From the sequence record PV295200.1: a stretch of 64,000 nt of DNA; one strand, given 5' to 3'. Below the pieces are notes generated by a model. That model did no database searches. It was not told where the DNA came from and worked only from the letters and a program-made list of their open reading frames with translations. Of the stretch, positions 25,979 through 34,764 are shown in pieces (position 1 is the stretch's first letter; every line of letters starts with the position of its first letter). A program made the position numbers and the translations under genes. This DNA is from Escherichia phage vB_Eco_BCPEco_001.

Positions 25979-26242
25979 ATGGATAATTACGGCGAACTGT
26001 TCAACTTCTTTATGAAATGTGTTTCAGAAGATTTCGGTCGTACAGTGAATGATATTAAAGTTATCGGTCCTGACCATCCGATGTTTGAAACTTACGCAGT
26101 AATGGGGAATGAAGATGGTCAGTGGTATACTGTAAAGGTTGTGATTAACATGTTCACTGCTGAAAGTTATGTTAAACTGTCTTCTAAAGTTTACCATGAT
26201 AACGACGAAATCGCAGAAGAATATTTCAATAATATGAAATAA
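25979..26242 (+). CDS. hypothetical protein
   Basis: 87 aa from ATG at 25979 with GGAGAA RBS (track start 25967 is TTG); directly downstream of an early promoter. Confidence 0.5.
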   Translation: MDNYGELFNFFMKCVSEDFGRTVNDIKVIGPDHPMFETYAVMGNEDGQWYTVKVVINMFTAESYVKLSSKVYHDNDEIAEEYFNNMK

Positions 26243-26272
26243 GTTTACATAGGCTCATGATTGAGATATTAT
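26243..26272 (+). promoter_or_regulatory. early promoter in stem-loop (PeSL-type)
   Basis: GTTTAC, 18 nt, TATTAT; inverted repeat GGCTCAT...ATGAGCC encloses the -10. Confidence 0.55.
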
Positions 26273-26297
26273 GAGCCCATAATTTGAGGAGAACATT

Positions 26298-26633
26298 ATG
26301 AAACGTAACTTTAGTAAAGCTTTTTGTAATCGAAATTATTATCCTGAAGAGCTTTTTGAATCTAAGGAATTTAAAGAGTTTAACGAACGTTCTCAAAACA
26401 TGCCTGTACAATGGGTATTGGATTATGCTAACCGTATCTTTGAAGGCGTGCGGGATATTTGTCCTGATGATGAAGCTCCTTATTTTAAAAAGGCTTGGGA
26501 ACTTGCTAACCAAGCATATATCAATGCTTTAGAATCTTCTAAAGGCACTGACGATGATTTTACTTTATTGGCTATCAATGATGCCGTTATCGAGGCCATC
26601 GACGTCTTTATCGATGAGCTAGATGAAGAATAA
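26298..26633 (+). CDS. hypothetical acidic protein
   Basis: 111 aa ORF with GAGGAGAA RBS; no recognised motif. Confidence 0.5.
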   Translation: MKRNFSKAFCNRNYYPEELFESKEFKEFNERSQNMPVQWVLDYANRIFEGVRDICPDDEAPYFKKAWELANQAYINALESSKGTDDDFTLLAINDAVIEAIDVFIDELDEE

Positions 26634-26679
26634 GTTTACAATCTATTAAAATCTAATTGTATCAACCTAAGGAAATACT

Positions 26680-27273
26680 ATGAACACACTGAAGAAAATT
26701 GTTGAGTTTATTCGCACTAAACTTGGTTCTGCAATGGCTAAAAATCTATCTGTTGAAGAACAGTATACTGCTGCAGCAGCAAAACTGCTTGATAAAATTA
26801 AAGACCTAAAAACTGCTTCTGTTAAATCTATTAATGAAGAAAAACGTATTCGTGAACTTATTGTTGAAAAGAATAAGCAGGCCGAATCAAAAGAGCGTGA
26901 AATTCGCAAGCTTCTTTCTGAAGGTCAAGATGTAACAATGCATGCTAAACTCGGTTTACTATATCGTCGAACAGCTGAGCAGTTGACTACTAAAGCTGAT
27001 GGTTATGCTGAAATGCGAATTGAAATCGCCAAGAAAGTAGTTGAGTTAGATGATGCTCGCCAAGAACTTGCAGTTAAATTGGAATATATCCGTGAAACTC
27101 GTGCTGCGAATGCCCTTGGAATTAGTACTGCTGATGATGTAGTTGAAATTGCAGCACTGACTAAAGTTGATATTGAAGATACTCTCGCCCGAGTTGAAAC
27201 CTTTAATGGCAATATTTCTGGGGTTGAAACTACCTCTGCCGATGTTCAGGAATATATTAATTCTCTGAAATAA
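26680..27273 (+). CDS. coiled-coil protein (possibly PspA/IM30-like architecture)
   Basis: 197 aa, almost entirely heptad-like charged helices; followed by a terminator hairpin; similarity to PspA is impression only. Confidence 0.45.
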
Positions 27274-27278
27274 TGATA

Positions 27279-27300
27279 AGGGGCTTCGGCCCCTATTACT
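27279..27300 (+). terminator. terminator-like hairpin with UUCG loop
   Basis: AGGGGC-ttcg-GCCCCT followed by a weak T-rich tract. Confidence 0.45.
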
Positions 27301-27314
27301 TGGAGTAAGTAGGA

Positions 27315-27923
27315 ATGAAAATGCAAAGTGATTTCAATTCAATGTTTGAAGAGTTCCAAAGGCAGGTTGATGTTCCAGACCAATTGCTAAATGCTCTTAA
27401 ACGTATGGCAGAAGGACGTAATTATTATTGGGGTTCTTCATATGAAACTGATGAAAGTCTTTCTGGAAGATTTTCCAGAGGTAAAAAGTCTTTAATACGT
27501 CCTGGAATACTTATTAACAGTATTGAATCAATTTATTCATTGACATGCGATTTTGATGTTGAATTTACTGATTTCATTTCTCCTGAATGGACAGTTTGTT
27601 ATTTAAACGACGATTTTGATTATCTCGGTGTTTATAGTTTAAGTGACGCATGGTTTAAACGTAACTTACAAAAGTCAAATTTATTCTATATTGATACTAC
27701 AGTAAAATTTCAGGGAAAGAAATATTTCTTTACTCTTATAGTTGATTCTGAAACGAAGCATGAAAATAAACGTATTCTTAGTAAAAAGAATATCTTAACT
27801 ATTGTTGATGATCTTTTTGATAAATTCGTGGAAAATCCCAGTTTTGAAAGCGATTTATTACTAGAAAAATTTGTGAAGGAATGCAGAGAATATGTCAAAG
27901 CCATCAATGTATCTTCCAAGTAA
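27315..27923 (+). CDS. hypothetical protein; C-terminus shares FVKECR motif with the downstream membrane paralogs
   Basis: 202 aa; ends LLLEKFVKECREYVKAINVSSK. Confidence 0.5.
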   Translation: MKMQSDFNSMFEEFQRQVDVPDQLLNALKRMAEGRNYYWGSSYETDESLSGRFSRGKKSLIRPGILINSIESIYSLTCDFDVEFTDFISPEWTVCYLNDDFDYLGVYSLSDAWFKRNLQKSNLFYIDTTVKFQGKKYFFTLIVDSETKHENKRILSKKNILTIVDDLFDKFVENPSFESDLLLEKFVKECREYVKAINVSSK

Positions 27924-28284
27924 ACCGTTGAAGTATGAATTAAAGCGCCAGCTAATTTCTACTGATGTATTAATAGGTCCTGTGGTAGCTGTATCATTTG
28001 TAATTCTACTGGGGGTTGGAATAATTATAGATGTTATGACTAATATTGAATCTAATGTAATATTTGCGTCAACACTAATTCTTCCAATGATAGTTCCATT
28101 TTTATTAGTACCTGTAAATTGGATAGGATACTGGTATCAAGGAAGGCATTATCGTAAACGCGTACGTGATTGGAAAGCACAGTGTAAAAAGATTAAAAAG
28201 GAACATCAGCTTAAACTTGCTGCGTATGAATTTGATGAAATTATGAAATTTGTTAAGGAATCACGATGCAAAAGCCAAAACTAA
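27892..28284 (+). CDS. two-TM membrane protein, paralog family member 1
   Basis: 130 aa; two hydrophobic helices, basic tail ending FVKESRCKSQN. Confidence 0.5.
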   Translation: MSKPSMYLPSKPLKYELKRQLISTDVLIGPVVAVSFVILLGVGIIIDVMTNIESNVIFASTLILPMIVPFLLVPVNWIGYWYQGRHYRKRVRDWKAQCKKIKKEHQLKLAAYEFDEIMKFVKESRCKSQN

Positions 28285-28628
28285 ATAAAGTCAAATATTC
28301 GCTTCCTGAGTCATTTTTAATTTTTGCTGTGGCGTTGGCTGCAGCTCTTGCGGGTAGTCTTTTTGGATTGTTAATTGACTGTCTTATTTTAAACATTGAC
28401 GGCACAGTAAATATAATAGAAGTTTGGAGTGAACTTTGTTATACTAAAATTATTTCATTATTTTCATTCTTTGGTACCATGTTATATTTTCATTATGATA
28501 ATTTTAAAATAAATTGGCAAAGAAAAAAAGATTACAAAATACAATTAAAAGAATATAATAGCTACATGTCTTATATTGAAAATGAGTCAATGAAAGAGTT
28601 TGTGAGTGATTGTAGGAAAATTAAATGA
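28266..28628 (+). CDS. two-TM membrane protein, paralog family member 2
   Basis: 120 aa; two hydrophobic helices, tail ending EFVSDCRKIK; ATGA overlap with the next gene. Confidence 0.5.
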   Translation: MQKPKLNKVKYSLPESFLIFAVALAAALAGSLFGLLIDCLILNIDGTVNIIEVWSELCYTKIISLFSFFGTMLYFHYDNFKINWQRKKDYKIQLKEYNSYMSYIENESMKEFVSDCRKIK

Positions 28629-29113
28629 TTTTAAAAACTCGCTGGTATGATTTAGATGATGGGGATGATGGCATTTCAGTTGATAGAGTTGACTGGAATG
28701 GTTGTTCCGAAGATATGAAAAATTTGTTGATTAGGGAGTTTAGAATGGGATATCAAGCAGCTAAGCCATTTACTGTAACAGATGATAAGTTCGTATGTAT
28801 TCAAAACGGTCGCGCTAAGTTAACGAACGCTGATTGGTTCACAGATAAAATTATGATTCTGTGGTATATTATTAGTCTTCCTGTGACATCATTCGTATTT
28901 TACTTTTTTATAAAAAATCCAATGGACAGAATAGGAGATTGGATTCTTTTAACCATACTTGTTAATATTTTTACAGCAGCAATATTATCTGGGATATGGT
29001 ACACGTTCATTGAAATGCCATGGCGGCTACGCAGACAACAAAAGATTTTTGATGAAAAGAAATACGTTCAAAATTTAAATAACTTTATCACTGAATGCAG
29101 GAAATTAAAATGA
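28625..29113 (+). CDS. two-TM membrane protein, paralog family member 3
   Basis: 162 aa; two hydrophobic helices, tail ending FITECRKLK; ATGA overlap with nudE. Confidence 0.5.
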   Translation: MILKTRWYDLDDGDDGISVDRVDWNGCSEDMKNLLIREFRMGYQAAKPFTVTDDKFVCIQNGRAKLTNADWFTDKIMILWYIISLPVTSFVFYFFIKNPMDRIGDWILLTILVNIFTAAILSGIWYTFIEMPWRLRRQQKIFDEKKYVQNLNNFITECRKLK

Positions 29114-29550
29114 AAACACTATCAGCTGGTATTATCTTTATGACAGAAGATAGAGATTTATTTATGGGTCGGGTTACTGGTTCTCGTAAGCCTGGAATGA
29201 TGGCACATCGCTGGGATATTCCAAAGGGCCGCGTAGAAAATTCTGATTTGAATGCACTGGAAGCTGCAAAAAGAGAATGCTTAGAAGAGACTGGCTTTAG
29301 CAATTATAATCCAGACCTTCTAGAAGACCTAGGTGTATTTAAATATTCTAGTAATAAAGACTTACAGTTATTTTATTATACGATTCCAGTAGAGCATGAG
29401 ATGTTTAGAAATTGTCGTTGCGAGTCTTATTTTGAAAATAAAGATGGTGTTATGATTCCAGAGATGGATGCTTTTGCTCTTATTCCTCGTATTCAGTGGC
29501 AATATGTGATGGGTCCTTCACTTTACCGAATAATGAACAACCTCTTTTAA
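29110..29550 (+). CDS. nudE: Nudix hydrolase NudE
   Basis: Nudix box GRVENSDLNALEAAKRECLEETG; ATG at 29110 overlaps upstream stop (alternative start 29095); immediately upstream of lysozyme e as in T4. Confidence 0.75.
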   Translation: MKTLSAGIIFMTEDRDLFMGRVTGSRKPGMMAHRWDIPKGRVENSDLNALEAAKRECLEETGFSNYNPDLLEDLGVFKYSSNKDLQLFYYTIPVEHEMFRNCRCESYFENKDGVMIPEMDAFALIPRIQWQYVMGPSLYRIMNNLF

Positions 29551-30081
<531 letters not shown>

Positions 30082-30085
30082 AGTT

Positions 30086-30115
30086 GTTTACTTTCTCCTA
30101 GAATTGTGATAGTAT
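30086..30115 (+). promoter_or_regulatory. early promoter upstream of denV
   Basis: GTTTAC, 18 nt, TG-a-TAGTAT. Confidence 0.5.
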
Positions 30116-30140
30116 ATTCACAGTTACTTGGAGGGATAAA

Positions 30141-30557
30141 ATGACTCGTATTAATTTGACTTTAGTATCTGAACTTGCTGATCAACATTTAATCGCAGAA
30201 TACCGTGAATTGCCGCGTGTTTTTGGTATAGTTCGTAAGCATGTGGCAAACGGTAAGCGCGTTAAAGATTTTAAAATATCTTCTAAATTTATTTTAGGTT
30301 CTGGTCATGTTACTTTCTTTTACGATAAGTTAGAATTTTTGCGAAAGCGTCAATCGGACATTATAACGGAATGCTTAAAACGCGGGTTCAGTATAAAAGA
30401 TACTGAAGTTCCTGACATCAGCGATATTCCAGCAGAATGGAAAAATGATTATAACCCATGCAAATCGGCTATTAAATTGAGTCAACAACGACTCGATGAA
30501 AAAATTTTAATGAAGCCACACTGGTATAAATACTACGGCAAAAATATTTACATTTAA
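30141..30557 (+). CDS. denV: endonuclease V (pyrimidine dimer DNA glycosylase)
   Basis: 138 aa; [29 protein letters not shown]... recognisably T4 DenV with scattered substitutions. Confidence 0.85.
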   Translation: MTRINLTLVSELADQHLIAEYRELPRVFGIVRKHVANGKRVKDFKISSKFILGSGHVTFFYDKLEFLRKRQSDIITECLKRGFSIKDTEVPDISDIPAEWKNDYNPCKSAIKLSQQRLDEKILMKPHWYKYYGKNIYI

Positions 30558-30703
30558 ATAACATGGGAATAACCTGGACCTCATGATTCTGTGAGGGATT
30601 CCCGCCAACCTGTAATAAGGTCGAGCCCAAGTGCGGTAATGGGTAAATACAGAAATGGACAATTCATGCGCCATGGAATGGCCCAAACCTAGAGAGAACA
30701 AAA

Positions 30704-31243
30704 ATGAGAACATTTTTAACTGGTCCTTATCTATCCCTGATGAATGCTTTTACACACCATTCTGATGCTAGAGTAGAAGAAATTTGTAAAAACGATTATA
30801 TCCTATCATTTGAAGACTTACTTAAACAGTATTGCACACTTCGACTAGATGGTGGACGTCAATCCGGTAAATCAATTGCTGTGACTAACTTTGCTGCTAA
30901 TTGGTTGTATGATGGCGGAACAGTTATTGTTCTTTCTAATACTTCAGCTTACGCTAAAATTTCTGCAAATAACATCAAAAAGGAATTTTCGCGTTATTCT
31001 AATGATGATATACGTTTTCGTTTATTTACTGATTCTGTACGCAGTTTTATTGGTAATAAAGGAAGCAAGTTCAGAGGTTTATCGCTTTCGCGAATTTTGT
31101 ATATAATTGATGAGCCTGTCAAATCTCCTGATATGGATAAGATTTATGATGCTCATATTGACACTGTACAGTACTGCTGCAATAGTAAATGCTGCATTGG
31201 CGGTATTACTCGTCCGCAGTTTTTCGTAATTGGAATGCAATGA
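30704..31243 (+). CDS. small P-loop NTPase-like protein
   Basis: 179 aa; Walker A-like DGGRQSGKS and Walker B-like ILYIIDEP; Cys-rich C-terminus (CCNSKCC). Confidence 0.45.
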   Translation: MRTFLTGPYLSLMNAFTHHSDARVEEICKNDYILSFEDLLKQYCTLRLDGGRQSGKSIAVTNFAANWLYDGGTVIVLSNTSAYAKISANNIKKEFSRYSNDDIRFRLFTDSVRSFIGNKGSKFRGLSLSRILYIIDEPVKSPDMDKIYDAHIDTVQYCCNSKCCIGGITRPQFFVIGMQ

Positions 31244-31569
31244 TGACAGATACGCAACTTTTCGAATATCTTTATTTTTCGCCAAAAACTATTAAAAATA
31301 AATTGGTGAATCATTTTGAAATTTTGGCAAATAACAACGTCTTGAGCGAATTTTATCCCAAGCAATACAAATTACAAAAAGGTGTATTCAAAGGATGCAG
31401 AGTTTTGTGCACTGCTCCTAATGCAAGATTAATGAATAAAATTCCATATTTTACCATGGAATTTATTGATGGACCATTTAAAGGATTAATTACTCAAAGT
31501 TTAATGGCATATGATTCTGAGCCATTTTTAATTAAAGAACAATCTTGGATAAAATTATTTTCTAATTGA
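31240..31569 (+). CDS. hypothetical protein
   Basis: 109 aa from ATG at 31240 (ATGA overlap with upstream gene). Confidence 0.45.
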   Translation: MMTDTQLFEYLYFSPKTIKNKLVNHFEILANNNVLSEFYPKQYKLQKGVFKGCRVLCTAPNARLMNKIPYFTMEFIDGPFKGLITQSLMAYDSEPFLIKEQSWIKLFSN

Positions 31570-31575
31570 GGTTAT

Positions 31576-31938
31576 ATGAAAGCATATCAAATTCTTGAAG
31601 GCACACATAAAGGTACTATTTATTTTGAAGATGGTATTCAAGCACGAATTATTGTCTCTAAAACCTTTAAAGAGGACTCTTTTGTAGACCCAGAAATTTT
31701 CTATGGTTTGCATGCCCGTGAAATTGAAATTGAGCAACAGCCTACAGTTAAAATTGAAGGTGGTCAACACCTGAACGTTAACGTTCTGCGTCGTGAAACT
31801 CTGGAAGATGCAGTTAAGCATCCGGAAAAATATCCGCAGCTGACCATCCGTGTATCCGGTTATGCAGTTCGCTTTAACTCTCTGACTCCGGAACAGCAGC
31901 GCGACGTTATCGCTCGTACCTTTACCGAGAGTTTGTAA
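31576..31938 (+). CDS. autonomous glycyl radical cofactor (GrcA/YfiD-like) protein
   Basis: 120 aa; C-terminal about 64 residues ([60 protein letters not shown]) carry the glycyl radical motif RVSGY and match E. coli GrcA as recalled; this part uses GC-rich host-like codons. Confidence 0.8.
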   Translation: MKAYQILEGTHKGTIYFEDGIQARIIVSKTFKEDSFVDPEIFYGLHAREIEIEQQPTVKIEGGQHLNVNVLRRETLEDAVKHPEKYPQLTIRVSGYAVRFNSLTPEQQRDVIARTFTESL

Positions 31939-32159
31939 TGGCAAAGATAATTATTGAAGGTTCTGAAGATGTGCTAAATGCTTTCGCCGAGTGGTTTAGT
32001 AATTCAGGCGAACAGCAATTTAATGAAGCCTGGAATATGGGTGATATTGATGGAATTTATCCTACGACAGAAATTTCTGTTCAGGGATATGGCATTCATG
32101 AACCTATTCGTTTAGTTGAATACGATTTATGCACTGGTGAGGAAGTCAAATATGATTGA
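31938..32159 (+). CDS. hypothetical acidic protein
   Basis: 73 aa ORF, ATGG overlap with upstream stop. Confidence 0.45.
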   Translation: MAKIIIEGSEDVLNAFAEWFSNSGEQQFNEAWNMGDIDGIYPTTEISVQGYGIHEPIRLVEYDLCTGEEVKYD

Positions 32160-32418
32160 AGATATTAAGGGTTATAAGCCACATACTGAAGAGAAAATCG
32201 GTAAAGTGAATGCTATCAAAGATGCTGAAGTTCGTTTAGGACTTATCTTTGACGCTTTATATGACGAATTCTGGGAAGCACTAGATAATTGTGAAGACTA
32301 TGAATTCGCGAAGAATTATGCTGAAAGCCTCGATCAGTTAGCTATTGCTAAAACGAAACTCAAAGAAGCCAGTATGTGGGCTTGTCGTGCTGTGTTCCAA
32401 CCAGAGGAAAAATACTAA
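32152..32418 (+). CDS. hypothetical acidic protein
   Basis: 88 aa from ATG at 32152 with GAGGAAG RBS. Confidence 0.45.
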   Translation: MIEDIKGYKPHTEEKIGKVNAIKDAEVRLGLIFDALYDEFWEALDNCEDYEFAKNYAESLDQLAIAKTKLKEASMWACRAVFQPEEKY

Positions 32419-32696
32419 TGGCTCAATTAAGCGCAGGGTTTGGTTATGAGTATTATACTGCCCCTCGTCGTGTGTCTGCTGCTCCTAAGAAAATTCAAAG
32501 TCTTGATGATTTCCAGGAAGTAGTCCGTAAAGCTTTCCAGGACTATGCACGTTATCTTAAAGAAGATTCACAGGACTGTCTCGAAGAAGATGAAATTGCT
32601 TATTATGAGCAGCGTCTTGAACAGCTTAAAAACTTACATGAGGTCCGTGCAGAAGTTTCAAAGTCTATGAATAAATTGATTAGATTTAAAGAATAA
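32418..32696 (+). CDS. hypothetical protein
   Basis: 92 aa from ATG at 32418 ([16 protein letters not shown]...), overlaps upstream stop. Confidence 0.45.
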   Translation: MAQLSAGFGYEYYTAPRRVSAAPKKIQSLDDFQEVVRKAFQDYARYLKEDSQDCLEEDEIAYYEQRLEQLKNLHEVRAEVSKSMNKLIRFKE

Positions 32697-32698
32697 CT

Positions 32699-32728
32699 GT
32701 TTACTTTTCCTCTTGACTGTGGTATAAT
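32699..32728 (+). promoter_or_regulatory. early promoter upstream of regB
   Basis: GTTTAC, 18 nt, TG-g-TATAAT. Confidence 0.55.
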
Positions 32729-32755
32729 TTTTCTATCAGTTAAGAGGAGAATAAC

Positions 32756-33217
32756 ATGACTATCAATACAGAAGTTTTTATCCGTCGAAATAAGCTTCGT
32801 CGTCACTTTGAGTCGGAGTTTCGTCAAATTAACAATGAGATTCGTGAGGCATCAAAAGCAGCAGGGGTCTCATCGTTTCATCTAAAATATTCTCAGCATC
32901 TTCTTGATCGTGCAATTCAACGGGAGATTGATGAGACATATGTTTTTGAATTATTCCACAAAATAAAAGACCATGTTTTAGAAGTTAATGAATTCCTGAG
33001 TATGCCTCCGCGTCCTGACATTGATGAGGATTTTATTGATGGGGTTGAATACCGTCCTGGACGTTTAGAAATCACAGATGGAAATCTTTGGCTTGGATTT
33101 ACAGTTTGTAAACCTAATGCGAAGTTCAAAGACCCGTCGCTTCAATGCAGGATGGCAATTATCAATAGTCGTCGTTTACCAGGAAAGGCTTCTAAAGCAG
33201 TAATTAAAACTCAATGA
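32756..33217 (+). CDS. regB: site-specific endoribonuclease RegB
   Basis: 153 aa, the T4 RegB size; sequence recalled as RegB-like; position between denV-side ORFs and tk as in T4. Confidence 0.6.
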   Translation: MTINTEVFIRRNKLRRHFESEFRQINNEIREASKAAGVSSFHLKYSQHLLDRAIQREIDETYVFELFHKIKDHVLEVNEFLSMPPRPDIDEDFIDGVEYRPGRLEITDGNLWLGFTVCKPNAKFKDPSLQCRMAIINSRRLPGKASKAVIKTQ

Positions 33218-33224
33218 GGTAAGC

Positions 33225-33770
33225 ATGAGAAAAGCACTACTCGCTGGTCTATTGGCCATTTCAATGATGGCACATAGCTCCGAGCATACTTTCAGTAATG
33301 TCCAACTCGATAACATGCGTTACGCGTATCAATTCGGGGAACAATTTTCTAAGGATGGAAAATATAAAACACACAAAAACATCCACAAGAGTGGATTAGG
33401 TCATATAATGGCAGCCATTTTATGGCAAGAAAGCTCTGGCGGAGTTAATTTAAAATCTAAACCAAAGCATCACGCCTACGGAATGTTCCAAAATTATTTG
33501 CCTACTATGCGAGCGAGAGTTAAGGAACTTGGTTATAATATGACCGATGCTGAAATAAAAAGAATGTTGAATAAACGATCCAATTCAGCTTCCTGGGCGT
33601 ACATTGAACTTTCTTATTGGTTAAATATACATAAGGGCGATATAAGAAAAGCAATATCCTCTTATAATTCGGGATGGAATGTTAAAGCAGGTTCTAAATA
33701 TGCTTCTGAAGTCCTAGAAAAGGCTAATTACCTTAAAAATAATAAACTTTTGGAAATAGTAAATGACTAA
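33225..33770 (+). CDS. secreted protein with lytic-transglycosylase-like motif
   Basis: 181 aa; N-terminal signal peptide (MRKALLAGLLAISMMAHS); ILWQESSGG resembles the catalytic E-S motif of family GH23 transglycosylases. Confidence 0.4.
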   Translation: MRKALLAGLLAISMMAHSSEHTFSNVQLDNMRYAYQFGEQFSKDGKYKTHKNIHKSGLGHIMAAILWQESSGGVNLKSKPKHHAYGMFQNYLPTMRARVKELGYNMTDAEIKRMLNKRSNSASWAYIELSYWLNIHKGDIRKAISSYNSGWNVKAGSKYASEVLEKANYLKNNKLLEIVND

Positions 33771-34104
33771 AATTTTGGTTTTATGTATAGGATTAATTTC
33801 ATTTTCTGCGTTAGCAGATACATCATATACTGAAATTAGAGAGTATGTAAACCGTACTGCAGCGGATTATTGCGGGAAAAATAAAGCATGCCAAGCTGAA
33901 TTTGCGCAGAAATTAATATATGCATATAAAGACGGAGAAAGAGATAAATCAAGCAGATACAAAAATGATACATTGTTAAAACGATATGCTAAAAAGTGGA
34001 ATACCTTAGAATGTTCAGTTGCGGAGGAGAAAGATAAAGCCGCTTGTCATTCAATGGTTGACCGTTTAGTAGATTCTTATAATCGAGGATTGAGTACTAG
34101 ATGA
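33763..34104 (+). CDS. secreted cysteine-containing protein
   Basis: 113 aa; signal peptide MTKILVLCIGLISFSALA; four Cys. Confidence 0.4.
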   Translation: MTKILVLCIGLISFSALADTSYTEIREYVNRTAADYCGKNKACQAEFAQKLIYAYKDGERDKSSRYKNDTLLKRYAKKWNTLECSVAEEKDKAACHSMVDRLVDSYNRGLSTR

Positions 34105-34580
34105 TTGTAAAATATATCAAGGGCGATATTGTCGCCCTATTTCTTCAAGGTAATATTATTGCGCACGGGTGCAATTGCTTCCACACAATGGGCTCTGGCG
34201 TAGCAGGTCAATTAGCAAGAGCCTATCCCAAAATTTTAGAAATAGATAAAACCACTACCGAGTACGGTTCTCGTGATAAATTAGGCGATATGTCTATTGT
34301 TTTTAAACATAGTCCTACGGGATTTGGTATATGCTATAACCTGTATACACAATACGAACCGGGTCCTAATCTTGATTATGGTGCTTTAGTAAACTGCATG
34401 ATAGAATTAAATCTACAGGCAGAAACCCTTTTGTTTAAACCAGTAATTTACATTCCACGCATAGGTTGCGGTATTGCTGGCGGCGATTGGGATAAGGTTT
34501 CTAAATTAATCGACATGTTTACTCCTGATATTGATTTAATAGTGGTGGATTATGAAAGTACATTACCCGCATCCGTTTGA
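34101..34580 (+). CDS. macro-domain protein (ADP-ribose binding/processing fold)
   Basis: 159 aa; AHGCNCFHTMGSGVAGQLARAYP and IPRIGCGIAGGDWDKV resemble the two glycine-rich phosphate-binding loops of macro domains. Confidence 0.5.
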   Translation: MIVKYIKGDIVALFLQGNIIAHGCNCFHTMGSGVAGQLARAYPKILEIDKTTTEYGSRDKLGDMSIVFKHSPTGFGICYNLYTQYEPGPNLDYGALVNCMIELNLQAETLLFKPVIYIPRIGCGIAGGDWDKVSKLIDMFTPDIDLIVVDYESTLPASV

Positions 34581-34764
34581 TCCTAAAAACAAAGTGGAAA
34601 TTATTCGTCAATGGGAACGCATTTGCCGTACTAAATGCCCAATTAATAGTCCACATGATGTAGATAAAGACTATATTGGAACATTCGTTGAATATACCTT
34701 TATTGATAGGAAAGGTCGTAAACAACATGTAGAAGAATATTGTTTAAAGGTTACATGGTTATGA
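34552..34764 (+). CDS. hypothetical protein
   Basis: 70 aa ORF overlapping the macro-domain gene end. Confidence 0.35.
   Translation: MKVHYPHPFDPKNKVEIIRQWERICRTKCPINSPHDVDKDYIGTFVEYTFIDRKGRKQHVEEYCLKVTWL

Noticed and set aside
26226-27212. Minus-strand ORFs 26226..26513, 26667..26909 and 27003..27212
   Set aside because: They lie antisense to well-supported plus-strand genes with RBS and promoters, in an AT-rich genome where long antisense ORFs are common by chance; no RBS or promoter context.
30507-30713. Minus-strand 68-aa ORF across the denV 3' end and the GC-rich island
   Set aside because: Overlaps the denV coding end on the opposite strand and has no RBS; the region is better explained as non-coding.
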